From positions 1 through 56,048 of IMG/VR virus record IMGVR_UViG_3300032286_000209: 56,048 nucleotides of DNA; one strand, given 5' to 3'. The stretch is from a virus (lineage: Duplodnaviria > Caudoviricetes). Positions 18,415 through 26,934 of this stretch are shown here, piece by piece (the first letter of the stretch is position 1; every line of letters begins with the position of its first letter). Under the pieces are notes generated by a model. It was given only the letters and a program-made list of their open reading frames with translations. It did not search any database and had not been told where the DNA came from. The translations under genes and the position numbers were made by a program.

Positions 18415-18828
18415 TTACAAAATATCTTCATCATCAAGAGCAGACTCAGCGCCAAACTCAACAAGACCTGTAATCACAATCTTACCCAAGGACGGGCTGA
18501 TGCCCTTCTTGTTTTTGTAAGACCACTCATACGCACCAACCAAAGCCTTAGCTTTGCTTCCATTGCCAATGGCTTCTTCAATCAGATCACCGTCTGCATC
18601 AAACACCTTGATGGGCGACTGACTCTTGCAAGTGATATACCGACCTTGCTCAGCCTTCTTATCTTCACCAGTTTGAACACTGATACCCATTGCTTCCAAA
18701 GCATCGACAGCAGCATCGCTCAGATTGCACAGGTTAAGCTGATACTTACCTGACATATCATTCACTTTGGTATGCTGACACCAGAACACATCAGCTTTAA
18801 TCTTAACTCGCTTTGATAAATCTGCCAT
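18415..18828 (-). CDS. Single-stranded DNA-binding protein (T7 gp2.5-like)
   Basis: SGKYQLNL, IGNGSKA, acidic C-terminal tail DDEDIL; next to the polymerase. Confidence 0.8.
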   Translation of the reverse strand: MADLSKRVKIKADVFWCQHTKVNDMSGKYQLNLCNLSDAAVDALEAMGISVQTGEDKKAEQGRYITCKSQSPIKVFDADGDLIEEAIGNGSKAKALVGAYEWSYKNKKGISPSLGKIVITGLVEFGAESALDDEDIL

Positions 18829-18895
18829 ACTATTTCCTTTATGAAAAATAAAAATCCACTTGTATCGTCAGTGGCAAGAACGCCTCTTTCAAGGA

Positions 18896-19384
18896 CTACG
18901 CATTTGTAATGTCTAAATAATCAGCAGCTTTTCTAAGTAAAGCTGCATCATCTTTCAACATTCCAATTGCCCTATTACATTGATTACACAGTAACCCCCG
19001 AACTTTTCCGGTATCATGATTGTGATCTACAGCAAAACTCCATTTTGCCCTGTCCCCTAATACATTGTTTTCTGTAGCCTCACAAATACCACACTTATTG
19101 TTTTGCTTCTTTAACAGAGAGTAATAAATATCCAGATCTATTCCATACCTTGATTTAAGGTTGTTCTTTCTTACACTTAATTTAGAAGAATCTGAATTGT
19201 TTTCTTTCCATTTTTTTCTACTTAAGTCATCACAGTCTTTGCACCTGTAGGATTTACCATCACTTTTATTTTTATAGTTATAAAAAGAATCAAATGATTT
19301 TCTACAACCACAAACGCAGCAGTCTTTTTCCTGCTCTTCTATGTCCTTCTCAATCTGACTTTTTGTACGCTTTAACTTAGGCAT
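18896..19384 (-). CDS. Free-standing endonuclease VII-like (homing) endonuclease
   Basis: CCVC/CKDC Zn finger; QNNKCGIC...VDHNHDTGKVRGLLCNQCNRAIG; more AT-rich than neighbours. Confidence 0.88.
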   Translation of the reverse strand: MPKLKRTKSQIEKDIEEQEKDCCVCGCRKSFDSFYNYKNKSDGKSYRCKDCDDLSRKKWKENNSDSSKLSVRKNNLKSRYGIDLDIYYSLLKKQNNKCGICEATENNVLGDRAKWSFAVDHNHDTGKVRGLLCNQCNRAIGMLKDDAALLRKAADYLDITNA

Positions 19385-19401
19385 AATTCCTCCTGCCTAA
19401 G

Positions 19402-19430
19402 TTGTATCAGTCAATGACATTTATGTCAAT
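19402..19430 (-). promoter_or_regulatory. Sigma70-like promoter for the endonuclease gene
   Basis: Minus strand TTGACA-17 nt-TACAAC, embedded in inverted repeats (TGACAT/ATGTCA; TCAATGA/TCATTGA). Confidence 0.6.
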
Positions 19431-19441
19431 ACTATCATTGA

Positions 19442-21268
19442 TTAATGTGTTTGTTGCCAGTTGTTGCCGATCTTTCCTTCGGCAGCAACAGGACATCTGA
19501 ATTTTAGCACAATACCAGCAGTGGTAGCGGCCTCCTCAATAATCTTCATTGCTTTCTCTGCATCCTCTTTAGCAACTTCCCATTGAGTTTCATCGTGGAC
19601 AAAAGCAATAAGCTTTGCATTTATTCCATGCGCCTTCAATGCTTCGTCACACTCCACCAGCCACTGCTTAGCCACAATAGCACCAGCAGATTGCAGCAGG
19701 GTGTTTAAGGCAGCGTGTGCATTCCTAACCCATACCTTTCTACCGTCTAGTGCTGGTAGCAAACCATTAGCAGACAGCCTAGCTATTTTCTCCTTGAGCT
19801 TCTTAAGTGCTGGAGTATTATCCAAGAAGTTATCAATAAGCTTCTTACCTTTTGTTGGTGTCACACCAGCAGTTAAACCAATCTTAGCCGCACCTGCACC
19901 ATAGAGCATGGCATAGGTCATGGTTTTAGTTTGGTTTCTAAACTTCTTATGTTCAGGATTGCTGTCATCCTTCACTGTACCCTTTGGCACTAGTCCAAAA
20001 GCTTGGCAGTTCATCCAATGCACATCACCCTTCAAGAGTTCCTCTTGCCACCGATCGTCCTGCATGTAGTGGGCTAGGCAGCGTAGCTCAATGCCGCTAA
20101 GGTCAACACCCACCTGCACATTGCCCTGCTCCACCGTCCACATCTCTCTGCATTCAGCGCCATAGGGCGTGTCAGGATTGACTGCTGGCACTTGTCCCAT
20201 GTTGGGACTGCTGTGGGTACAGCGGCCCGTCACAGCCCCGTTGGTGATGATGCGTCCATGCACCCTACCATCGTCTTGAACAAACTCCATCCAGCTACTG
20301 ATCTGTGCTGTGCGTTTCTGCAACATCAGATACTCAGCAACCAGCTTAGCTTCGGGCAGATCTATACCTTGCAGCACTGTCTCGTCCACAATGACATTGC
20401 CCTTCTCTGTGTGCTTGTCAAACTTCACACCAAGGGCAGACAATCGCTCAGCAATCTGTTGCCTACTGCCAGCATTGAACAGATGCTCCCTCACTTTCAT
20501 CGGCCCAGCTACGGCTTCCTTTATCAGGGAGGGTTTGCAGCCATCTTGTCGAAGCAAGGCTAGAAGTTCTGTCTTAGTCTCTGCTTTGTATTCCTTCCAA
20601 GAGCCATCGAACACTGTCCAATACTGCGGGGTTTTGAGTGTCTCATAGGTGGGCTTAAACACTTCCTGCATCTTGCATTCAATGTCAGACATGCGCCCAA
20701 TCAAGTGTGCATGCAGAGACATAGCCTTCGGCATGTCCAACTTGAAGCCGTTGTCTTCCATCTGCTTACAGATGATGGCAACCTTATGCTCAAGCTCAAT
20801 GCTTTGGGTACTGAACTTATCTTTTTCAAGAAGAGTTATTAGGTGTTGATGTAGCTTCTTAAGAAGCAGCACATCCTGCTCACAATAAGTAGCCATCGCC
20901 ATAGACCAGCCAGCATCATAGTCAGTGAAGTCTATCTTGTGGCACTTGAGCCTAATGCCCCACGCCTGTAGGCTATGAGACGCTGGTACTTTCTGTCCCT
21001 CTATGAATGCAATGTCCACATCGGGGTTGTGCAGCCGTGAGAGGATTAGTGTGTCTATTAAACAGGCATTGGGGATGGTGACATCCCACACCCTCTTGAG
21101 TACAGGAGCATCAAAACCAATAATGTTATGCCCACATACTTGGTTGCCTTCAAGATATTCTTGTAGTCCATCTCTGTTTCTCCAGTGTTTTACTTCACCG
21201 TCCTTCTCTGTAACGCAGAGCCATATCTGTTTGTGCTTTGTATCGGTTTCGATATCCAAGTAAATCAT
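19442..21268 (-). CDS. DNA polymerase, family A (T7 gp5-like) with 3'-5' exonuclease domain
   Basis: DIETD, GHNIIGFD, TGRCTH, DLSGIELRCLAHY, KTMTYAMLYGAG, VHDETQ. Confidence 0.97.
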   Translation of the reverse strand: MIYLDIETDTKHKQIWLCVTEKDGEVKHWRNRDGLQEYLEGNQVCGHNIIGFDAPVLKRVWDVTIPNACLIDTLILSRLHNPDVDIAFIEGQKVPASHSLQAWGIRLKCHKIDFTDYDAGWSMAMATYCEQDVLLLKKLHQHLITLLEKDKFSTQSIELEHKVAIICKQMEDNGFKLDMPKAMSLHAHLIGRMSDIECKMQEVFKPTYETLKTPQYWTVFDGSWKEYKAETKTELLALLRQDGCKPSLIKEAVAGPMKVREHLFNAGSRQQIAERLSALGVKFDKHTEKGNVIVDETVLQGIDLPEAKLVAEYLMLQKRTAQISSWMEFVQDDGRVHGRIITNGAVTGRCTHSSPNMGQVPAVNPDTPYGAECREMWTVEQGNVQVGVDLSGIELRCLAHYMQDDRWQEELLKGDVHWMNCQAFGLVPKGTVKDDSNPEHKKFRNQTKTMTYAMLYGAGAAKIGLTAGVTPTKGKKLIDNFLDNTPALKKLKEKIARLSANGLLPALDGRKVWVRNAHAALNTLLQSAGAIVAKQWLVECDEALKAHGINAKLIAFVHDETQWEVAKEDAEKAMKIIEEAATTAGIVLKFRCPVAAEGKIGNNWQQTH

Positions 21269-21277
21269 TTACTTCTT

Positions 21278-22882
21278 TCATAACAGGGTTTCTTCTTGGG
21301 CTTCTATCTCAAACATGCGGCCTGTCTCTTTGTTGTAGAGCAGGTTGCAAGCAGGGCCAGTGATTCCACTGAAGCGGTTCTTCAACACCCTAACCTTCGT
21401 AGTGTTTCGTTCCACTAAGTCTTCGGCCTGACCATTACGCTCTAGTCCAATCACCATGTCGCTAAGCTGGGCAATGGATCCACTACCGCGAAGCTGTGCC
21501 AGTGAGGTGGCTGCGCCTTCTTCATGCCCAATGTTCTGTGGACGCTTGAGATGGCTCACGATTATAAGCGCAATGTTTGTCTCTTGCACAAGCATGCGGA
21601 GCTTAGTCATAATTTCATCAAGAGCCTTACGCTCATCGCCGCTTTCCTGTGCAGACACAATGATGGACAAGTGGTCTAGGAATACATACTTGCAGGACAT
21701 GCCCTTAGCTAGGTAGCGCACACGGTTGATGATGTTCTCCACTGCTGTGCTACCAAAGTGATCGAACAAGTACAGCCGCCCTGTGCCTAGTGTGCGTTCA
21801 AACGCATCACGCCGCTGCTCAGGAGTTGCCACCACATCAGGTAGATGCAGGGGTGCGTTAGCTGCCAGCGACATCACAGACAGGCCCGTCTTCTTAACAC
21901 TCTCTTCCAAGAACATCAGGCCAATGTTGTCGTGGGTTTTCTGTAGAAGATGCCACACAATCTCTCGCAGCACTTGGCTCTTGCCCAAGCCACTACCTGC
22001 TGTCACTGTCACCAGTTCACCAAAGCGTAGGCCATAGGTTAAGTCGTTTAGTCCTGCCCAAGGGTAGGTGCAGTCTGCTGGTGGCATAGGCTTAGACACC
22101 AGTTCCCACATGCTGGATCCGCTGACAATCCCATCAGGGACATACGCCTCAGATCTCCACCACCGCTCTACAAACTTAGCCTCGCCGTTGTCAGCCAGCC
22201 AATCGCATGCGTCTTTGTATTCAGGCACAGGCTTGAACAACTTGCACTTACTGCCAAACAATTCAGCAACTTCTCTTGCGGCCTTCTGCCCTACGGCATC
22301 GCCATCAAAGCATACGACAACGGTTTCAAAGCTAGAGATATATTCGTACTGAGCCTTGCAATCTTTGACAGCAGAGCTAGCACCGTTGCGGATGGATACA
22401 ACGGGATACTTAGATCCTGTCATCTGGAAAGCAGCTAGTGCATCAAACTCGCCCTCAACAATGGTGAGATATTTACCACCAGAGGGAAATAGGTTTTGTC
22501 CAAACAAGATTCCTTTAGACCAGCTACCCACTGCACTGAACTTCTTATCAGCTACAGCCCTAACTTTGGCAGCAACCAATTGACTATTGCTATCGTAGTA
22601 GGGAAAGTAATAGCTGTCGCCTTCTTTGACAACACCATATTTCTCCATTGTGCTTTTGCTAATGCGCCGATCAGATACACTGACAGCAACTCCTTCTTTA
22701 AATACTTTCAAAGCGGAGGAGACAACTTCAACTTCTTCATCAATCACTATATAAATTTCCTGTTGGTTAGTGGAGGGTGTGAATGTATTACATACAAAAC
22801 ACTTCGTGCTGTGGTCTTCGTTCATTGATAAGCCATCGCTACTGCCACAAGTAGGGCATGGCATGTGAGTTTTTATAAACAC
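21278..22882 (-). CDS. Primase-helicase (T7 gp4-like)
   Basis: Zn finger CPTCGSSD...CFVC, TOPRIM EGEFDA/DGD, Walker A GSGLGKS, DHLSI, LRGSGSI, KNRFSG. Confidence 0.97.
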   Translation of the reverse strand: MFIKTHMPCPTCGSSDGLSMNEDHSTKCFVCNTFTPSTNQQEIYIVIDEEVEVVSSALKVFKEGVAVSVSDRRISKSTMEKYGVVKEGDSYYFPYYDSNSQLVAAKVRAVADKKFSAVGSWSKGILFGQNLFPSGGKYLTIVEGEFDALAAFQMTGSKYPVVSIRNGASSAVKDCKAQYEYISSFETVVVCFDGDAVGQKAAREVAELFGSKCKLFKPVPEYKDACDWLADNGEAKFVERWWRSEAYVPDGIVSGSSMWELVSKPMPPADCTYPWAGLNDLTYGLRFGELVTVTAGSGLGKSQVLREIVWHLLQKTHDNIGLMFLEESVKKTGLSVMSLAANAPLHLPDVVATPEQRRDAFERTLGTGRLYLFDHFGSTAVENIINRVRYLAKGMSCKYVFLDHLSIIVSAQESGDERKALDEIMTKLRMLVQETNIALIIVSHLKRPQNIGHEEGAATSLAQLRGSGSIAQLSDMVIGLERNGQAEDLVERNTTKVRVLKNRFSGITGPACNLLYNKETGRMFEIEAQEETLL

Positions 22883-23127
22883 CGAAGATAATTATAGATG
22901 GCTTTGCATGCTGCGTCTCCATTAACCAGTGGAGTATCCCAAGCACCATCTAGTCCGTGTTCTTTTCGATAGGCTTCAGTCAGCATCTGTATAGCATTCA
23001 ATGCTTTAATGAGAAGCTCTTTCTCAAGTTCCCCGCTTTTTGGTTCATACTTATCTCTCAAATAGTCTCGCTGTGCCTTGATGCATTCGGGATGCTGGCA
23101 GTGGTAGCCACAACTGTGATCGCTCAT
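22873..23127 (-). CDS. Hypothetical protein
   Basis: HSCGYHCQHPECIKAQRD motif. Confidence 0.6.
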   Translation of the reverse strand: MSDHSCGYHCQHPECIKAQRDYLRDKYEPKSGELEKELLIKALNAIQMLTEAYRKEHGLDGAWDTPLVNGDAACKAIYNYLRCL

Positions 23128-23381
23128 GTGTTCTTCTCCTTGAGTTTGGCTTCAATTTCTTCTTTAAAATAAAAAATCCCTGCTTCTCTGTTCAAAAGAT
23201 ACTTACTAGCAATAAATTTAAATTCATCAACATCAAGCCCCACCCATTCGCGCTGTGCTTTTGTTTGCCAGTAATGTACATCACACAAGTCGCCTTGATC
23301 AATGTCGGCTTTGTATAAGTTGAATTGGTAGCTGCCGCAGTTCCAATCGCCACACTTAAATGTGCATCTCCGTTCAGCCAC
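23124..23381 (-). CDS. Hypothetical protein with QREWVGL...IEAKLKEKNT C-terminal module
   Basis: ORF track; module shared with 23876-24502. Confidence 0.6.
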   Translation of the reverse strand: MAERRCTFKCGDWNCGSYQFNLYKADIDQGDLCDVHYWQTKAQREWVGLDVDEFKFIASKYLLNREAGIFYFKEEIEAKLKEKNT

Positions 23382-23553
23382 TGTTCGTCTCCTTCAGAAA
23401 TTCAACATATTGATTAAGGCGGGCAAGCACAACAGGCTCTAGTGCTATCACTTTATTCTCGGAGTGATTAACTGCTAGCCAGATTTGGTAGCCATCAGTG
23501 CTGGCGTAAACACCATCGCCTAAATAAGTTGAATAGGAATCATCTTCAATCAT
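23374..23553 (-). CDS. Hypothetical protein (59 aa)
   Basis: Read manually: MIEDDSYSTYLGDGVYASTDGYQIWL...IALEP; SD GGAG. Confidence 0.65.
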   Translation of the reverse strand: MIEDDSYSTYLGDGVYASTDGYQIWLAVNHSENKVIALEPVVLARLNQYVEFLKETNSG

Positions 23554-23570
23554 TTGTTTTCTCCATTAAT

Positions 23571-23879
23571 TTATCGACTTACACTAATCTGTGCATCAGG
23601 GTTTGCAATACAGGCTTCAAGATAATTTGCAACAAAGGGAACGAAGTGTTCGTACATCCCCCAGCCAGTAGGACTATTGAATTTTTTAAACCTCGCCGGA
23701 TCTGACAGTAGCAAAGCCAATCCTTTGGACAGGGGTTCAATCAAATCGCGGGCGCAATAACCCATCTCATTGGCTAGCCACAATGCTTCATAGATGTTGG
23801 CTTCCCTTGCCATCTCGCCAAGATTGTGTGTGATGTTTGCGCTGTAAACGCTTTGAGTTAATGTGATGTCTAAGCTCAT
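23571..23879 (-). CDS. Conserved phage hypothetical protein
   Basis: MSLDI...ANITHNL...NSPTGWGMY. Confidence 0.7.
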   Translation of the reverse strand: MSLDITLTQSVYSANITHNLGEMAREANIYEALWLANEMGYCARDLIEPLSKGLALLLSDPARFKKFNSPTGWGMYEHFVPFVANYLEACIANPDAQISVSR

Positions 23880-24502
23880 GTGTTCTTCTCCCTGAGTTTG
23901 GCTTCGATGGCTTGGCCAATAAGAACTCTTGTTGGTTCAATGTCAGGGTTAAACATCACCGATTCATAGCACTCATCCACCTCAGTCTCCGTCAGCCCTA
24001 CCCATTCGCGCTGTGGTGGGGGGGTGAACACTGCGTACACGCATAGTTTTGCGTTTGATGCATTGCATTTACATGGCGGGCCAATGCATTTCCATTGCTC
24101 CTGCGCTGGCTGCACTAGGGCCGCTTTGATTGCGGCGATGGCGTTCGGTTCAAGCGGGTTAACAAACTTTGTGCCATCTTTGCCATGCCTAACAGCTATT
24201 GCGTTTTCCAGCGCCTCAAGCGCCAGCTTCAATGCTTCACGTTCGCTTACAGGCTCCTGCGCTGGCTGTGTTGCGGGTGAAGCGGTGTAAACCTGACCAC
24301 ATATATGGCACTGAACAACACCGTTAAATTGATTCCATTTGATTGCCTCTGTATACCCACAACATGGAAACGACACAGTTTCCTGCAACTTGTCCGCAAC
24401 CATGCGCCGCTTGGCTTGAAAGCCACCACCCCACATCCCCTGCCGCTTGGCAAGGTCATCGAACGCTTCGTCTTCTGCATCTTTCATATCGTTATCCACC
24501 AA
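23876..24502 (-). CDS. Mosaic hypothetical protein with QPAQE and QREWVGL modules
   Basis: Modular low-complexity blocks typical of accessory phage genes. Confidence 0.6.
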   Translation of the reverse strand: MVDNDMKDAEDEAFDDLAKRQGMWGGGFQAKRRMVADKLQETVSFPCCGYTEAIKWNQFNGVVQCHICGQVYTASPATQPAQEPVSEREALKLALEALENAIAVRHGKDGTKFVNPLEPNAIAAIKAALVQPAQEQWKCIGPPCKCNASNAKLCVYAVFTPPPQREWVGLTETEVDECYESVMFNPDIEPTRVLIGQAIEAKLREKNT

Positions 24503-24840
24503 AGAATGCCACTCAATGCAGCGGCAAATAAAACAAAACCAAATATAGCAATGACAACTTTCAAGAAGTCAAAGAACAGATCTCCACCAGCATCAGTGTC
24601 ATCATAGTTGTCCATACCTTTGTTCCTTTCTCTGATAGCTTGAACAATGCACCCTTGAACACCAACGGCATCATCTGTTGGCGCAACATCTTCTGCTTCG
24701 GCAATCTTGACGCACTCTTCATACACCTGTGAAGCCACCAGCTTAGCAAACTTTTCCTTATCGAAATGTTCGTAGCTTGCGCCCCATCCATACTCCTCTG
24801 TGGTGGTGGCTTGTTCAATTAACTTGTCGATGTTCTTCAT
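24484..24840 (-). CDS. Hypothetical protein with C-terminal TM segment (possibly two fused genes)
   Basis: MKNIDKLIEQA...FDKEKFAKL then MDNYDDTDAGGDLFFDF-TM. Confidence 0.5.
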   Translation of the reverse strand: MKNIDKLIEQATTTEEYGWGASYEHFDKEKFAKLVASQVYEECVKIAEAEDVAPTDDAVGVQGCIVQAIRERNKGMDNYDDTDAGGDLFFDFLKVVIAIFGFVLFAAALSGILWWITI

Positions 24841-25138
24841 GTGCATCACTCCTATCATTGAGCCACCTGCCAAACTTACTTAGCTCTGGCATTGTACGGT
24901 TGAAGTCTTTAGCAGCCTGTATATTTAAACACTTAACACCATGCTCCATGTCTGACAGCAGAGCAGACCAATACTCATCTGCTATTGCTTCGCGCTCAGC
25001 CGCAGCTACCAGCTTCATAAACTTTGAAAGCGGCTCATCAATTAAAAAGTGTGTAGCTTGGATGCATTGAGGCTGATACTTCTGAGAGTCGTGGTCAACG
25101 ATGAAGCCAGCTTGTGCAGCCAGTGCTTGGATGTTCAT
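24815..25138 (-). CDS. Hypothetical protein
   Basis: Start MNIQALAAQAG overlaps the upstream stop; LVAAAEREA motif. Confidence 0.6.
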   Translation of the reverse strand: MNIQALAAQAGFIVDHDSQKYQPQCIQATHFLIDEPLSKFMKLVAAAEREAIADEYWSALLSDMEHGVKCLNIQAAKDFNRTMPELSKFGRWLNDRSDAHEEHRQVN

Positions 25139-25299
25139 TCCGCATCCCTCCATGTCCAGCCCAGCAGCTTGTTTGTGAACCAGCGTTGTATCCATGATGG
25201 CTTGTAAAGCATCGTGAACCGAATGTTTGATGGGCCTTCTGCGTACAGCAGCCAATAGCCCACAGGCTTGGGCGGTTCGTATAGTTTGTAGGTGTTCAT
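25135..25299 (-). CDS. Hypothetical Trp-rich protein (54 aa)
   Basis: Read manually: MNTYKLYEPPKPVGYW...KPSWIQRWFTNKLLGWTWRDAE; ATGA overlaps at both ends. Confidence 0.65.
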   Translation of the reverse strand: MNTYKLYEPPKPVGYWLLYAEGPSNIRFTMLYKPSWIQRWFTNKLLGWTWRDAE

Positions 25300-25520
25300 T
25301 TCTCCCTCGCTTTCAGCATTGCGTCTGCTATTTCGTAAGCAATCTCTGCTTTTGACTGCAAATTGTTATAAGGTTTTGTAATCAAATCACCTATGTTTTG
25401 CATAGCCAGCCCAGCAAAGTGGTCACGCATGGTCATGTCCTTTGCAAAGCCGCCGTTCTTCGTCATCCATGTGATGTGCTTATCGTGTTCTTCCATTTCC
25501 AGTTCGTATGGGCTTCTCAT
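25296..25520 (-). CDS. Hypothetical protein
   Basis: MTMRDHFAGLAMQ...AYEIADAMLKAR motif common in proteobacterial phages. Confidence 0.7.
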   Translation of the reverse strand: MRSPYELEMEEHDKHITWMTKNGGFAKDMTMRDHFAGLAMQNIGDLITKPYNNLQSKAEIAYEIADAMLKAREK

Positions 25521-25522
25521 AA

Positions 25523-25732
25523 TTATTCCTCATCAGGTTTGAATTCTTCAGCGTCCACAGTCCCTGCTGCCTTCAGCACTTGGTAGCGGACAACATCAAT
25601 GCGGCATGTCTTTGGACGCGAGAACAACCCCCACGCCAAAGCGCAATCCGCTATGTCTTCGTAGTTGATACCACCGCCCCACTCGCCGGACTCCCAGCGG
25701 GTCTTAAATTCTTCCTTGGTCATTGCGGTCAT
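25523..25732 (-). CDS. Hypothetical protein
   Basis: MTAMTKEEFKTRW start coupled to the upstream stop. Confidence 0.55.
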   Translation of the reverse strand: MTAMTKEEFKTRWESGEWGGGINYEDIADCALAWGLFSRPKTCRIDVVRYQVLKAAGTVDAEEFKPDEE

Positions 25733-26136
25733 GCTGTCACCTCTACAAATTGTTTCGCCAATGATTCGCATTCGTTAATGCAATACTCTAAAGTCTTGAT
25801 CGTATCGCCCTCAAAAGACATTTCGCGGAGCAGCCCTTTGTCGTATATTTTTTTGTACTCACCCGACATTAGCTCAGGATCTCGTGCGTCACCGAAATGG
25901 GCGCAGTCGTAGCCAAGCCACCACAACCCATCGGATGGGGCTGGATAATCGTGGTTTCCGTTTGCATAAGTCAAGCCGCCATGCACACTAGCAGACACAT
26001 CGTCATACCCTTTGCCATGATGCTCGTGGCTTGATGGCACACCAACATAACCGCAACGATGCCCCGCAGGGTGGACGATGATTGCGGCACGAAAACCTGC
26101 CTCTGTTGTCCAATCTTTCTCAACAATACAACTCAT
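25729..26136 (-). CDS. Conserved phage hypothetical protein
   Basis: GHRCGYVGVP...VHGGLTY...WWLGYDCAH. Confidence 0.75.
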   Translation of the reverse strand: MSCIVEKDWTTEAGFRAAIIVHPAGHRCGYVGVPSSHEHHGKGYDDVSASVHGGLTYANGNHDYPAPSDGLWWLGYDCAHFGDARDPELMSGEYKKIYDKGLLREMSFEGDTIKTLEYCINECESLAKQFVEVTA

Positions 26137-26363
26137 ACTTGCTCCTCTGCTGTTTCAATGGGTGTACACACAAGGTTTGGAAACAGCTCATCGATCTGAC
26201 TCACCATCAGAAAGTCTTTGTCCATCACACCGGGGATAATAAACATTCCGAAGTAGGCATCAAGCCATTTGCATTTCATGTTTCCCACTGGGAAGTCTGC
26301 ATAGAACTCAGCAGTATCAAACCCGTTCTTCTCTGCCCACTTTTGGCATTGATAAAGATTCAT
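26133..26363 (-). CDS. Hypothetical protein
   Basis: Coupled ORF in the track. Confidence 0.55.
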   Translation of the reverse strand: MNLYQCQKWAEKNGFDTAEFYADFPVGNMKCKWLDAYFGMFIIPGVMDKDFLMVSQIDELFPNLVCTPIETAEEQV

Positions 26364-26608
26364 GTTGTTTCCTTCTTAATGTTAGCGGGTAAAAATTCTT
26401 TCTTAATATTGACGGTGATGCATGTGCCTTCAAGAGCATCAATCTCAACTCCAGCTTGCGCTGATTGCTTACGAATAATTAACTTCTGATTCTCCATAGA
26501 CTGCTGACACTGTGCCTCAGTTTGAAAATATACAATTGCTTGCATAAAATTACAGTTTGCATTGATGCATGCCCATAAAACAGGTACAAATACACTAACC
26601 ATAAACAC
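26360..26608 (-). CDS. Hypothetical Cys-containing protein
   Basis: Hydrophobic N-terminus, C-x4-C, F-x-T-x3-C pattern. Confidence 0.55.
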   Translation of the reverse strand: MFMVSVFVPVLWACINANCNFMQAIVYFQTEAQCQQSMENQKLIIRKQSAQAGVEIDALEGTCITVNIKKEFLPANIKKETT

Positions 26609-26738
26609 ATCCTTTAGTAAATAAATGAAAAGCGGAATAGCAGGAGGGCTTAGCTATTATGTACACACAATAGACACACACCGCCTGTATCACCGCCACA
26701 ACTCCCAATAGGTGGAAGAAAGAAAGTATTTTCTCCAT
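26595..26738 (-). CDS. Small membrane protein
   Basis: MEKILSFFHLLGVVAVIQAVCVYCVYII hydrophobic stretch; SD GGGAAGG. Confidence 0.5.
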   Translation of the reverse strand: MEKILSFFHLLGVVAVIQAVCVYCVYIIAKPSCYSAFHLFTKGCVYG

Positions 26739-26748
26739 CACCTTCCCT

Positions 26749-26919
26749 TTATTCTTCTTCAACATCTGCAAGCAGATCAAACTTAATAATCTCAAGCACT
26801 CCAATAACCGCAGCCACCGTAACCTTGCCTGAATATTTTTCAATAGCATCTAGTATGTCATCCTGAAGTTGGTGTATTGTATTTGTTCCCTGTTTAAAAC
26901 CGCCTTCAATTACTTCCAT
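26749..26919 (-). CDS. Hypothetical protein (56 aa)
   Basis: Read manually: MEVIEGGFKQ...AAVIGVLEIIKFDLL; SD AGGAG. Confidence 0.6.
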   Translation of the reverse strand: MEVIEGGFKQGTNTIHQLQDDILDAIEKYSGKVTVAAVIGVLEIIKFDLLADVEEE

Positions 26920-26934
26920 ATCATCTCCTGTTGG

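Noticed and set aside
18829-19441. Group I intron around the endonuclease genes (also 46026-46718)
   Set aside because: Flanking genes are complete with their own stops, and no P7/catalytic core is visible.
13634-22882. Inteins or stop-codon reassignment in replication genes
   Set aside because: RNR, polymerase and helicase are normal length and uninterrupted in the standard code.
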